From positions 1 through 52,815 of the forward strand of contig CAZDTP010000024.1 in the NCBI GenBank assembly GCA_964508365.1: a DNA stretch of 52,815 nt, read 5' to 3'. Under the pieces are notes generated by a model that saw only the letters and a list, made by a program, of their open reading frames with translations, was not told where the DNA came from and did not search any database. The DNA comes from an uncultured archaeon (GTDB lineage Archaea; Asgardarchaeota; Lokiarchaeia; Sigyniarchaeales; SOKP01). The position numbers were made by a program, and so were the translations under genes. Of the stretch, positions 39,304-49,083 are shown piece after piece. Numbering within the stretch: position 1 is the first letter of the stretch; every line of letters begins with the position of its first letter.

Positions 39304-42300
39304 TCATTTTACAATTTCAATTGATTTTTTGAAGTCCGATTTAAGAGGACTCAATTTTTTTATTTTCTTGACAAATTCTGTCATAGTGTCTGAAAAGATT
39401 TTTCCTTCGCTCGCAGATATCCACTTACGCATAAACCTATCTGGATTTATTCCTATTGATTCAAGTTCCGATTCAATTTCAAGCGTCCTTCTTAAGGCGT
39501 CTTGGTTTCCGGCAATGTAATGACAATCTCCAATATGACACCCACCTACGAAAACTCCATCCGCTCCTTCTAAAAATGCTTGTAAGATAAAGCTTTTGGA
39601 GATTCCACCAGAACACATTACTCTTATTATCCTTACATTTGGAGGATATTGATACCTACTTACTCCAGCTAAGTCTGCTCCAGCATAACTACACCAGTTG
39701 CAGAGAAAAGCAATGATTCTTGGCCAACCGTTACCAAACTCTTTGCGAGCCGCTTCAGCTATCATCGGTTCAATTTGGGAATTTCCGAAATGGCTCATTG
39801 TAATTGCCCCCGCAGGACATTCTGCAGCACAATCTCCGCAACCCTTACACAGTAAGGGATTAACTTCGGAGATCATCAATCCTTGTTCATACTTTACACC
39901 AACAGCACCGTAATTGCATACATCAGCACACCTATTACAGCCAATACATAAAGCGGGATCGACCTTTGAAATTACACCTTCTGTAAACAAAATGTCTTTT
40001 GATAATATTGTAGTAGCTCTCGATGCTGCCGATAACGCTTGTGCAATACTTTCACTAATCGTGGCGCTTGCTCGGGCAGTCCCGCATAAAAAAATTCCGT
40101 CAGTTGCGAAATCTGAAGGTCTTAATTTTACATGAGCTTCTAAAAAGAATTTTTCATCGTTAGTAGGTACTTTTAACATCTTTGCTAAGGTTTCGTTTCC
40201 TTCACCATCGGAGATAATGCCAGCGCTTAATGCCACTAAATCTGCGTTGATATTAATTTTATCTCCTTTAGGTGTAGCAACATCTACGCTGAAATGTGTT
40301 TCTTTTTGAGTTATTTTAGGGAGAATATTATTATCAAATCGGAGAAAAACAATTCCTTTTTCTCTCGCAATATTGTAATATTTCTCTTTAAATCCATAAG
40401 TCATTATATCTCTGAATAAAACGATGATATTTAATTCTGGATTAATTTCTTTCGCTTTTATTGCGTTTTTTATTGCTTCTGAACAGCACATTCTACTACA
40501 ATAGGGATTTTCTTCATTTCTAGATCCAACACACTGGATCATTACTATTGTTTTTAAATCCTTGATTTTTTCTGCATCGGTAAAAAGCACTTTTTCAAGT
40601 TCAGATTGGAGTATTACTTTATCTGTTTCACCATAAAGAAATTCTCCTTCCTTTGGTTTATACTCTTGAGCACCAGTAGCAACAATTATAATTCCATGCT
40701 GAAATTCCTTTTTTTGCTTATCATTCCCAAAACTTAGGTTAGTTGTGAAATTACACACATATCCTCCAATAGAATTGATTTTAGCATTAAGGAAAACATT
40801 GACAAGTTTATGATCATTAACTCTTTTAATTAAGTTAGAAATAAGTTCTTGAACATCATAATTCTCAATAGTTTGATATATATTGTTTGAAAATCCACCT
40901 AATCTCTCGCCTTTCTCAACAAGAAATACTTCAAATCCTTGATCTGCTAAATTCAGGGCTGCAGTCATCCCCGCAACTCCTCCACCAATTACCATTCCTT
41001 TATGAATTACCGAAACTTGTTGTTCTTGTAAGGGTACTAACTTACGAGCTTTTGCCACTGCCATCCTTACGAGATCCATAGATTTTTCCGTGGCTTCTTT
41101 TGGTTCATGCATATGTACCCATGAGCATTGATCTCTAATATTAGCCAAATCGAAAAGGTATTTATTAAGACCGGCTTCTCTAATAGTTGCCTGAAATAAT
41201 GGTTCATGCGTTCTAGGTGTACACGAAGCGACAATTACTCTATTTAAATTAAGTTCTTTTATTTTTTCTTTAATATTTGATTGCGTGTCAGCTGAACAAG
41301 TATATAGATTTCTTTCAGAATAAATTACACCGGGTAGTTTACTAGCATAATCAACAACGGCAGGAACATCAACAACTCCGGCAATATTAATACCACAATG
41401 ACAAACAAAAACTCCTATTCGAGGAGGTTCCCCAATAATATCGATTTCTTTCGGAAGTACTTTTTCTTCGATTAATGTATTTCTCACTTCAGACAATAAA
41501 ACATTTACAGCTCCAGCAGCTGCACTTGCCTCTACTACGGTTTCGGGAATATCCTTAGGTTCTGAGAACATCCCACAAACATAAATTCCTTCTCGAGAGG
41601 TTTCTATTGGAGAAAATGGTTTTGTTTTACAGAAATTCTCTTCATTTAAATCGATTTTTAGCGTTTTCGCTAACTCTTTCGTACTCTTATTTGGTAATGC
41701 TCCTACTGCTAAAACTACTAAATTGAAAGTTTCATTAGCTATCTTTCCATCTTCAGATTCATAGTTAAGAATTAAATTGTTTGATTCGGGAATTTCTTTA
41801 ATAGATGAAATCCGACTTCGAATATAATTTACCCCATATTCTTCTTGAGCCCGTTCAATATATTTATCAAAATCTTTTCCACAAGCCCTTATATCCATTG
41901 AAAATATGGTTGGTTGAACGATTGGCATATGTTCTTTAGCGATTACTGCTTCCTTAGCAGTGTACATGCAGCAAACTGAAGAACAATATTCACCACCGTG
42001 CCTTTTATCTCTTGACCCTACGCATTGTATAAATGCGATCTTTTTTGGAATTATTCCGTCTGAGGGTCTAAGAATGAGTCCTGAGTGAGGTCCACTAGCG
42101 CTTAATATACGTTCAAACTGAATACTCGTGACCACATTAGGATATCTTCCAAAACCATAATGCTGTGTAGGCTCGGGATCATATTCATCAAAACCAGGTG
42201 CTATAATTAAAGCCCCTACATTAAGCGTAGTTTTTTTATCTTCAAGTGTGTAATCTATGGCTTTAGCTTTACACACACCTTTGCAAAATCCACATCCTAT

Positions 42301-42762
42301 GCATAAATCTTGATCAATTGAAAAAACCAAAGGAACTGCTTGGGGGAATTTTACAGATATCGCAGATCTTTTCGAGAGTCCTTCATTAAAGAAGTCAATC
42401 GCTTCTACGGGACATTCTTGAGCACATACACCGCAACCGGTACACTTTTCTTGATCTAAAAATAAAGATTGTTGTTTAAGATCAACTGTAAAGTTACCTG
42501 CTTTTCCTGTAATTTTTTCAAGAGTCGTATTGATTAAGAGAGTAATATTTTCATGCCGCCCTGCGGCTACCAACTTTGGAGCAAGGATACATATGGCACA
42601 ATCATTAGTTGGAAATGTTTTATCTAACTGGGACATGACACCTCCAATGCTCATCGTTGATTCTATTAAATATACTTTGTATCCAGAATCAGCCATATCC
42701 ATAGAAGCTTGTATACCCGCAATTCCGCCTCCAACAACAAGAACTGAACCTACTTTTTTCAT
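39304..42762 (-). CDS. hdrA: Large heterodisulfide reductase subunit A-like flavoprotein (two HdrA modules) fused to MvhD
   Basis: GGGIAG twice, DKTFPTNDCAIC, CVGSR..CSSVCC, CHCG, C-terminal ferredoxin, then AFLCNWCSYAGAD...RVMCSG...GCHIGDCHY. Confidence 0.95.
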   Translation of the reverse strand: MKKVGSVLVVGGGIAGIQASMDMADSGYKVYLIESTMSIGGVMSQLDKTFPTNDCAICILAPKLVAAGRHENITLLINTTLEKITGKAGNFTVDLKQQSLFLDQEKCTGCGVCAQECPVEAIDFFNEGLSKRSAISVKFPQAVPLVFSIDQDLCIGCGFCKGVCKAKAIDYTLEDKKTTLNVGALIIAPGFDEYDPEPTQHYGFGRYPNVVTSIQFERILSASGPHSGLILRPSDGIIPKKIAFIQCVGSRDKRHGGEYCSSVCCMYTAKEAVIAKEHMPIVQPTIFSMDIRACGKDFDKYIERAQEEYGVNYIRSRISSIKEIPESNNLILNYESEDGKIANETFNLVVLAVGALPNKSTKELAKTLKIDLNEENFCKTKPFSPIETSREGIYVCGMFSEPKDIPETVVEASAAAGAVNVLLSEVRNTLIEEKVLPKEIDIIGEPPRIGVFVCHCGINIAGVVDVPAVVDYASKLPGVIYSERNLYTCSADTQSNIKEKIKELNLNRVIVASCTPRTHEPLFQATIREAGLNKYLFDLANIRDQCSWVHMHEPKEATEKSMDLVRMAVAKARKLVPLQEQQVSVIHKGMVIGGGVAGMTAALNLADQGFEVFLVEKGERLGGFSNNIYQTIENYDVQELISNLIKRVNDHKLVNVFLNAKINSIGGYVCNFTTNLSFGNDKQKKEFQHGIIIVATGAQEYKPKEGEFLYGETDKVILQSELEKVLFTDAEKIKDLKTIVMIQCVGSRNEENPYCSRMCCSEAIKNAIKAKEINPELNIIVLFRDIMTYGFKEKYYNIAREKGIVFLRFDNNILPKITQKETHFSVDVATPKGDKININADLVALSAGIISDGEGNETLAKMLKVPTNDEKFFLEAHVKLRPSDFATDGIFLCGTARASATISESIAQALSAASRATTILSKDILFTEGVISKVDPALCIGCNRCADVCNYGAVGVKYEQGLMISEVNPLLCKGCGDCAAECPAGAITMSHFGNSQIEPMIAEAARKEFGNGWPRIIAFLCNWCSYAGADLAGVSRYQYPPNVRIIRVMCSGGISKSFILQAFLEGADGVFVGGCHIGDCHYIAGNQDALRRTLEIESELESIGINPDRFMRKWISASEGKIFSDTMTEFVKKIKKLSPLKSDFKKSIEIVK

Positions 42763-43535
42763 TCTTGTCCCTCCCTAATTGAAATAAATGTAGGTATTTC
42801 CTCGTTAATTTCGTGAACATCCACTAAACCTCGCGATCTTAAAACAACGATATGATCCAAGACTTCCTTAGCTTTTATGCCAATTTCATTTGCTATATCC
42901 GGAACGGATTTGCCAATCTCTTTTATTTTTATAACTATTTTATGACGAATAAATTCATTATGGATGGCATCATTAAGAAGGATTTCAAACCTTTCAACTG
43001 GAATTTGATTACCATATACATTTTTTTCAGTAACTAAATCCCTTTGGCGAGCGATTAAACCTCGAAGTCGTGAACTCTCCAAAACGCTTTTAACAGCTTC
43101 GAGATCATCAATAATTTGAGTTTTATTTTTACTTTCTTTTATTGGAGATGGTCCTAATTCTTGTATATATTTGGTAAATTCCGATACTATTTGGGCAAAT
43201 CGGTTTCCTTCTGCGGCAGAAACCCAATCAAGTCGCATTCTATCAGAAAACTTCACTAAACTTAATAACCTACTTAGCGAACTCATTTTTATTTCTGCTT
43301 CGTAATTGCCAGTTATGTAGTGACAATCCCCCAAATGGCAGCCTAATACAAGAACTCCATCAATTCCATGCAGGAAAGCATCAATAACGAATGTTGGATC
43401 AACCCTACCTGAACACATTACTCGAATAATCCGAATATTGGTAGGATACTGAATTCGGCTAACTCCTGCTAGATCTGCACCAGCATACGAACACCAATTA
43501 CATAAAAAACCCAAAATTTTAGGTTCAAATGAAAT
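42759..43535 (-). CDS. mvhD: MvhD ([2Fe-2S] subunit) with C-terminal helical/wHTH extension; start probably ATT 43535 rather than TTG 43514
   Basis: SFEPKILGFLCNWCSYAGAD...RVMCSGRV...GCHLGDCHY...SAAEG; GGAGGTG lies 8 nt upstream of ATT 43535. Confidence 0.9.
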   Translation of the reverse strand: MSFEPKILGFLCNWCSYAGADLAGVSRIQYPTNIRIIRVMCSGRVDPTFVIDAFLHGIDGVLVLGCHLGDCHYITGNYEAEIKMSSLSRLLSLVKFSDRMRLDWVSAAEGNRFAQIVSEFTKYIQELGPSPIKESKNKTQIIDDLEAVKSVLESSRLRGLIARQRDLVTEKNVYGNQIPVERFEILLNDAIHNEFIRHKIVIKIKEIGKSVPDIANEIGIKAKEVLDHIVVLRSRGLVDVHEINEEIPTFISIREGQE

Positions 43536-45203
43536 TTATATTGCACCTCCATATGTGAAAATCTCAGCTCGTATTTGGTCGCTTGTAAAGTGGTGGATAA
43601 TTATCGCATTTTTTGGACAACTTGCGCCACACAATCCACAGCCTTTACATACTATTTTGTTCACAATAGCTGTATCGGTTTCCTCATCTTTAGTAATTGC
43701 ATTGTAGGGACAAATTCTAATACAAGCTTCGCACCCAATACATAATTCTGTTTTAACCTCTGCTGTTGATCCTTCTACTTCCAAATGATCTTTCCATAAA
43801 ATTGTAGAAGCTCTAGAAGCGGCAGCATTTGCTTGACTTGTACTTTCAGCGATATCTGCTGGCCAATGTGCTGATCCACAAACATAAATTCCATCAGTAG
43901 CAAAATCGACTGGTCTTAATTTCACATGAGCCTCCAAAAAGAAGTTATTTTCTTCTAACGGTACTTTTAGCATTTTCGCTAGTACTTCCGAATCCTCGTT
44001 TGCGATCAGAGGAGTTGATAAAACTACGAGATCTTGCGGTATTTTAATATCTTGATTCAATAAGGCACTATATACATCTACAAAGTCTTTTTTAATAACT
44101 GGTGGTTTTTCAGGCAGATAATTTATAAATAAAATACCCATTTCTCGAGCTTTTCTATAATATTTTTCATATTCTGTCCCAGCTGATTGTATATCTCGAA
44201 ACAATATAGTAATATGAGCATTCGGATTTTTCTCGATTAATAACATGGCATTTTTAATAGCGCTCATACAACAAATATTCGAGCAATACCTTCTCTCCTC
44301 GTTTCTACATCCAACGCACAATATCATAGTAATATTGTTAGCTTTAACTTGATCATTTTTTAGGAGACTTTCTAAATCAAGCTGACTAATAATTTTTTTT
44401 TGATCGTATCCAAAATAGCCCTCTGGAGATAAAGGAATAGCTCCGGTCGCAACGATGATAACCCCTGCATCTACATCAATGGTTTCCTTATTCTGTTTTA
44501 TAGTAACCTTATAATTTCCAATAAATCCGGTAATATTTTCTATAATTACTGATGTGTATACGTGTATATTATCGTGAGATTCAATTATATCTATTATCTC
44601 TAATAAGGTTGACGCATCCTCATTGGATGGAAATACTTTATTTAAAGACTTAAGGAGCCCTCCTAATTCTGGTTCCTTTTCGATTAAAGATACAATAAAT
44701 CCTTGATTTCCCAAATTTAGCGCAGCTGTCATTCCGGCAATTCCGCCACCTATTACGATAGCTGAGTGGTTAATTGCAACTTTTACCCTTTCTAATGGCT
44801 CAAGTAAAGCTGCTTTATGAACGCTCATTCTAATAAGATCCCTCGCTTTCTCCGTTCCTTTTTCTGGTTCTTTCATGTGAACCCAGGAATCCTGATCTCT
44901 TATATTCACCATTTCGAACAAGTAAGGATTTATACCAGCTTCCTGACAAATAGCTCTAAATAATGGTTCATGAGTTCTAGGAGAGCATGAAGCTACAATA
45001 ACCCTGTTTAATTTGTGTTCTTTTATATTCTCCTTAATTTCAGTTAATCCTACTTCAGAACACATATATAAATTATCAGTTGAATAAGTTACATTGGGTA
45101 AAGTTCTTGCATAATTTGCCAATGAAGGAACATCTAATACTCCTCCAATGTTAGTTCCGCAATGACATACAAATACTCCAATTCTTATATCTTCGCTTGT
45201 CAA
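43536..45203 (-). CDS. hdrA: HdrA-like protein, C-terminal-type half
   Basis: GVFVCHCG, CSPRTHE, GGGIAG, CVGCR..CSNICC, EAHVKLRP, 2x[4Fe-4S] tail. Confidence 0.93.
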   Translation of the reverse strand: MTSEDIRIGVFVCHCGTNIGGVLDVPSLANYARTLPNVTYSTDNLYMCSEVGLTEIKENIKEHKLNRVIVASCSPRTHEPLFRAICQEAGINPYLFEMVNIRDQDSWVHMKEPEKGTEKARDLIRMSVHKAALLEPLERVKVAINHSAIVIGGGIAGMTAALNLGNQGFIVSLIEKEPELGGLLKSLNKVFPSNEDASTLLEIIDIIESHDNIHVYTSVIIENITGFIGNYKVTIKQNKETIDVDAGVIIVATGAIPLSPEGYFGYDQKKIISQLDLESLLKNDQVKANNITMILCVGCRNEERRYCSNICCMSAIKNAMLLIEKNPNAHITILFRDIQSAGTEYEKYYRKAREMGILFINYLPEKPPVIKKDFVDVYSALLNQDIKIPQDLVVLSTPLIANEDSEVLAKMLKVPLEENNFFLEAHVKLRPVDFATDGIYVCGSAHWPADIAESTSQANAAASRASTILWKDHLEVEGSTAEVKTELCIGCEACIRICPYNAITKDEETDTAIVNKIVCKGCGLCGASCPKNAIIIHHFTSDQIRAEIFTYGGAI

Positions 45204-45207
45204 TTAC

Positions 45208-46503
45208 CTACAGCCTCATTACTATTTCAGCTGCTTTAGCTGCAGCTCCACTTGCATCAACTACGGAGTTTGGAATATCCATTGGCGCTCTACAAGCGCC
45301 GCAGAGAAAGATACCTTCTTTAGAGGATTTTTGCGGATGATATGTCATACCCTTTAAAAAATTGTATTCGTCTACCGATATACCTAAAATTTCTGACAAT
45401 CTCACAGCGTCTTTTTTAGGAATCATACTCGTTGCTAAGACAACTATGTCAAATTTAAGCTGTTTTATCTCAAATGTGTCTGTATCTTCGTAAACAACAA
45501 TTGGATTTTTTTGTTCATCCTGTAAAATTTTTGCTACTTTTGCTTTAATATATGTAATTGCATAATCATCGCATCCTCTTTGAATATAATCTCGAAAACC
45601 TTTACCACCAGCTCTAAGATCAATATAAAATATCGAGGTTTGAATGTTATTATTATGTTCATAAGCAATCATAGCTTCTTTGGTTGTATACATACAACAA
45701 CAAGAAGAACAATAAGGATTATTTTTTATATCCCTAGAACCAACGCAGTTAATAAAAGCTAGATTTTCAGGTTCTTTTTGATCAAAAGGTCGTGTTAAAT
45801 GCCCTCCAACGGGTCCTGATGCACTTATCAACCGCTCAAACTCTAAAGAAGTGACAACATTTGGGAACCGCCCATATCCTAAATAACTGATTGAAGTAGG
45901 ATCAAAAACATCATATCCCGTGGCAGTGATAATAGATGCTACATTCAATTCAATTTCTTTATCTTGTTGTTCGAAATCTATGGCTTCTCTCTCGCAAACT
46001 TTTTCACAGATTCGACAAGCTGATTTTGTGAACCACAAACAATTCTCTTTGTCAATAGTCATAATTGCTGGGACTCCTTGAACATAATCAATATAAATTG
46101 CCCTACGTTTTCTTAATTGCATATCAAAATCGTCTTCTACTCTCATTGGGCATTTTTCAACGCAGATTCCGCAGTTAATACACGCATCTTCTTTAACATA
46201 TCGGGCGTGTTTTAAAACGTTTACAGTAAAATTTCCAGCAGAACCCTCAATATTTTGAACTTCAGAGAGCGTATGCAGAGTTATATTAGGATGTCGAGAA
46301 CACTCTGCAAGTTTTGGAGCTAAAATACAAATCGAGCAATCGTTTGTAGGGAAAGTTTTATCTAGTTGAGCCATTCTTCCGCCTATACACGCATTCTTTT
46401 CAATTAACTCAACTTTTATGCCTCTTTCAGCTAAATCTAATGATGCTTGAATCCCAGCAATACCTGCTCCTATTACCATAACATTTTTTATTATATTGGT
46501 CAA
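45208..46503 (-). CDS. hdrA: HdrA-like protein, N-terminal-type half
   Basis: GAGIAG, DKTFPTNDCSIC, inserted ferredoxin, CVGSR..CSSCCC. Confidence 0.93.
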   Translation of the reverse strand: MTNIIKNVMVIGAGIAGIQASLDLAERGIKVELIEKNACIGGRMAQLDKTFPTNDCSICILAPKLAECSRHPNITLHTLSEVQNIEGSAGNFTVNVLKHARYVKEDACINCGICVEKCPMRVEDDFDMQLRKRRAIYIDYVQGVPAIMTIDKENCLWFTKSACRICEKVCEREAIDFEQQDKEIELNVASIITATGYDVFDPTSISYLGYGRFPNVVTSLEFERLISASGPVGGHLTRPFDQKEPENLAFINCVGSRDIKNNPYCSSCCCMYTTKEAMIAYEHNNNIQTSIFYIDLRAGGKGFRDYIQRGCDDYAITYIKAKVAKILQDEQKNPIVVYEDTDTFEIKQLKFDIVVLATSMIPKKDAVRLSEILGISVDEYNFLKGMTYHPQKSSKEGIFLCGACRAPMDIPNSVVDASGAAAKAAEIVMRL

Positions 46504-46934
46504 TTAATTACACCGAATGCGAATAAAGATAATTTATAAAAGGAATGACATTTCAAACAATATATACATTAATAACTCTTTTTTCTTACATTTTTGATTT
46601 TTTTTTTTTTTGAAATAATTACGCTGTAACTTTTCTTTCAATTCTTTCAATAATATTATTAAAACCGATTATAATATATAAAATTATTATTAAATAAAAT
46701 AAAAAAGTGAGAAATTATTATGATATTTAATAAAAAAATACGGAAAAATGTTTTCTATTAAAATAAATATACTAAATCCAGAAAAAATTTTAAATTTTTT
46801 ATTGAATATATTAATTTAGAACGGTAATATTATAACTAATCACCTAATTTTTATTTATAGTAATAGGAAGTTTAACTTACAGTTTTGAATGTTAAGAAAT
46901 AAATAATAATAAATGAGTGTAAAAGATACTAAAG

Positions 46935-48071
46935 GTGTTTCTAGATTTGACAGAAGATCGATTCTATAAAGAAAATGAAGTACAACCTAAATCCTTTAAA
47001 GATCTTATTAAGGAAGTTCATGAAAAAGGAATTTGTGGAGAATGTGGAGGTTGCGTTAGTTTTTGTTCAGCTGCAGAAATAGGCGCCATTGATATCTCTC
47101 CAAGTGGTTTACCTTATTATTCAAATGAAGATAATTGCCTTCATTGTGGTATTTGCTATTTAATTTGCCCTGAAATTCACGAATTAGACAAAGAATTAAA
47201 CGAGAAATTTAATTTCAAACCCCCAATAGGTAACTGGTCCAAAATAGTCACAGCTCAAGCTAGTGATCCTCAGATACAAAAGTTTGCTACAGATGGAGGA
47301 GTGGTTACAGCAATATTGATTGCCTTATTAGAAAACAATTTAATTGATGCAGCGATTGTATCAAAAAAAATAGGTCCCTTTCAAAGAACACCTTTCTTTG
47401 CTAAAAATAGGCAAGATATTATAGAAGCGATGGGAACGAACTATAACATAGAAGGTCCTGTTTCAGAGTTAGGAAAATATAACACTTTCGTTCCAACTAT
47501 TACAGAATTAAAAAAAGTAGTTGGTTCTGACAAAATGAAACTGGCGGTTGTTGGAGTCCCATGTCAAATTCACTCCATAAGAAAAATGCAAGAGTTAAAA
47601 ATAATTCCAGCTCATGTAGTTGAATACACATTGGGGCTATTTTGTTTCGAGAATTTTAAATTTAACGACGCTGTTAGGGCGAGAACCGAAGAAAGATTTA
47701 ATTTCTCTTTTAACGATATTGAAAAGATGAATATTAAGGAAAACTTGATTATAAATCTCAAAAATAGGGATAAACCGCTAACAATAGAATTTTCAGAGAT
47801 GCAAGATGTTATGAGAAATGCGTGTAGGGTATGTGAAAATTTTACAAATTACTACGCAGATATTTCTTTTGGTGGCATAGCCTCTAAACAAGGATTAACG
47901 ACAACCTTAATTCGCACTAAAGCTGGAGAGAAAATATATAATCTTGCTTTAAATAAAGGTTATATTAAAGAACCTGTTGAATTAAATACTTCTCTCGAAA
48001 AATCTAAAATGATTGCTCAAATTATTAGTTTTAGCAAGAAGAAATCAAGAAGAGCAGAAGAATATAGATAG
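46935..48071 (+). CDS. FrhB/FdhB-family F420-binding beta subunit with N-terminal 2x[4Fe-4S]; start may be TTG 46947
   Basis: CGECGGCVSFC, CLHCGICYLICP, DGGVVT, VGVPCQ, GLFC, CRVC, ADISFG. Confidence 0.9.
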   Translation: MFLDLTEDRFYKENEVQPKSFKDLIKEVHEKGICGECGGCVSFCSAAEIGAIDISPSGLPYYSNEDNCLHCGICYLICPEIHELDKELNEKFNFKPPIGNWSKIVTAQASDPQIQKFATDGGVVTAILIALLENNLIDAAIVSKKIGPFQRTPFFAKNRQDIIEAMGTNYNIEGPVSELGKYNTFVPTITELKKVVGSDKMKLAVVGVPCQIHSIRKMQELKIIPAHVVEYTLGLFCFENFKFNDAVRARTEERFNFSFNDIEKMNIKENLIINLKNRDKPLTIEFSEMQDVMRNACRVCENFTNYYADISFGGIASKQGLTTTLIRTKAGEKIYNLALNKGYIKEPVELNTSLEKSKMIAQIISFSKKKSRRAEEYR

Positions 48072-48318
48072 AATTTGATATTAATCTTAGTGTTTTTTAA
48101 CTAATAGATTTAACTAATGTAAAACAGTGCTAGACTAATTTCTTGGTTACTTCAATTCCATTGTTTATAACATCTTTTTGATTTTTATTTTCTGAAGTAT
48201 TTTTCCAAAAGCATAGAATTAATTATATTATCTATATATTAATGTTAAATAAAAAGCAATTAAAGTTAATAATCAAGTAATAAAAACTATTTCAAATATA
48301 GTCCGGCAAAAGCTTTGT

Positions 48319-49035
48319 TTGGTATCGTTTGATTTAAAAATAGAGCTCACAATTATGAAAATTACAGTATCAGGACCAACCCAAAGCGGTAAATCGAGTT
48401 TTATTAAATATTTTGATGATAAGGCTTTAAATGTAGAAGCAAAAGCCAGAGACAATAAATATTATACCGTTGGAATGGACTTAGGAAGCATAAAGTTGAA
48501 TGGTTTTGATGTCTTTTTATTTGGCACTCCTGGCTTATTAAGATTTAATGTTATGAGAGATGTAGTAGTCCGAGGTGCTGATGGTCTTGTTTTTATATTT
48601 GATGCGGCTCACCCAGAAAAAGACGAGGACGCAATAATTATACTAAACTCTCTTCGAAAAACGATAGGGTTTGATACTCCGATAGTTTATTTGGCAAATA
48701 AACAAGATATTGCTGGAGCCAGACATAACGAAGTAGTAAGATCGCAAAATTATTTAAAAGATGATGCCACGATTTTTCCAACGAGTACTCGAACGGGAGA
48801 AAATTTAGGCGAAGCTCTCAAATATCTTGTGAATCAAATTTTTGATCATTACTCTTCTCTCCTTACGGTACTTCGCTCATATGAAGCCGATATTGAGGGT
48901 TTAGCAGAAAAACTAAGCAAAAATCCTGTTGAAATGAGGGATTTATTAAATAATCTAGAGATAAAAAGATTTATTGAAGTAGATAGATTAAATAGGACTT
49001 ACAAGGTAAAACAAGGATTAAAACTCTTGATATAG
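48319..49035 (+). CDS. Small GTP-binding protein with C-terminal wHTH; start likely ATG 48355
   Basis: GPTQSGKS, TVGMD, FGTPG, NKQD, TSTRTG, then a helical/winged tail. Confidence 0.88.
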   Translation: MVSFDLKIELTIMKITVSGPTQSGKSSFIKYFDDKALNVEAKARDNKYYTVGMDLGSIKLNGFDVFLFGTPGLLRFNVMRDVVVRGADGLVFIFDAAHPEKDEDAIIILNSLRKTIGFDTPIVYLANKQDIAGARHNEVVRSQNYLKDDATIFPTSTRTGENLGEALKYLVNQIFDHYSSLLTVLRSYEADIEGLAEKLSKNPVEMRDLLNNLEIKRFIEVDRLNRTYKVKQGLKLLI

Positions 49036-49083
49036 AGTTTCTCAACTATTTCTTTTAGAATTTTATATTTTCTCTAATAATTG

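Noticed and set aside
39304-46503. Selenocysteine recoding in HdrA/MvhD, which is known in some Asgard genomes
   Set aside because: The ORFs are open with ordinary Cys codons at the candidate sites and contain no in-frame TGA.
46590-46615. Long poly-T tract (also A/T runs near 3020 and 15160) as a phase-variation site
   Set aside because: Intergenic or currently in frame; such runs are expected at this AT content and there is no evidence of length variation.
46913-46969. Frameshifted N-terminus of the FrhB-like gene from ATG 46913
   Set aside because: An in-frame TTG at 46947 with AGGTG about 9 nt upstream explains initiation without a frameshift.
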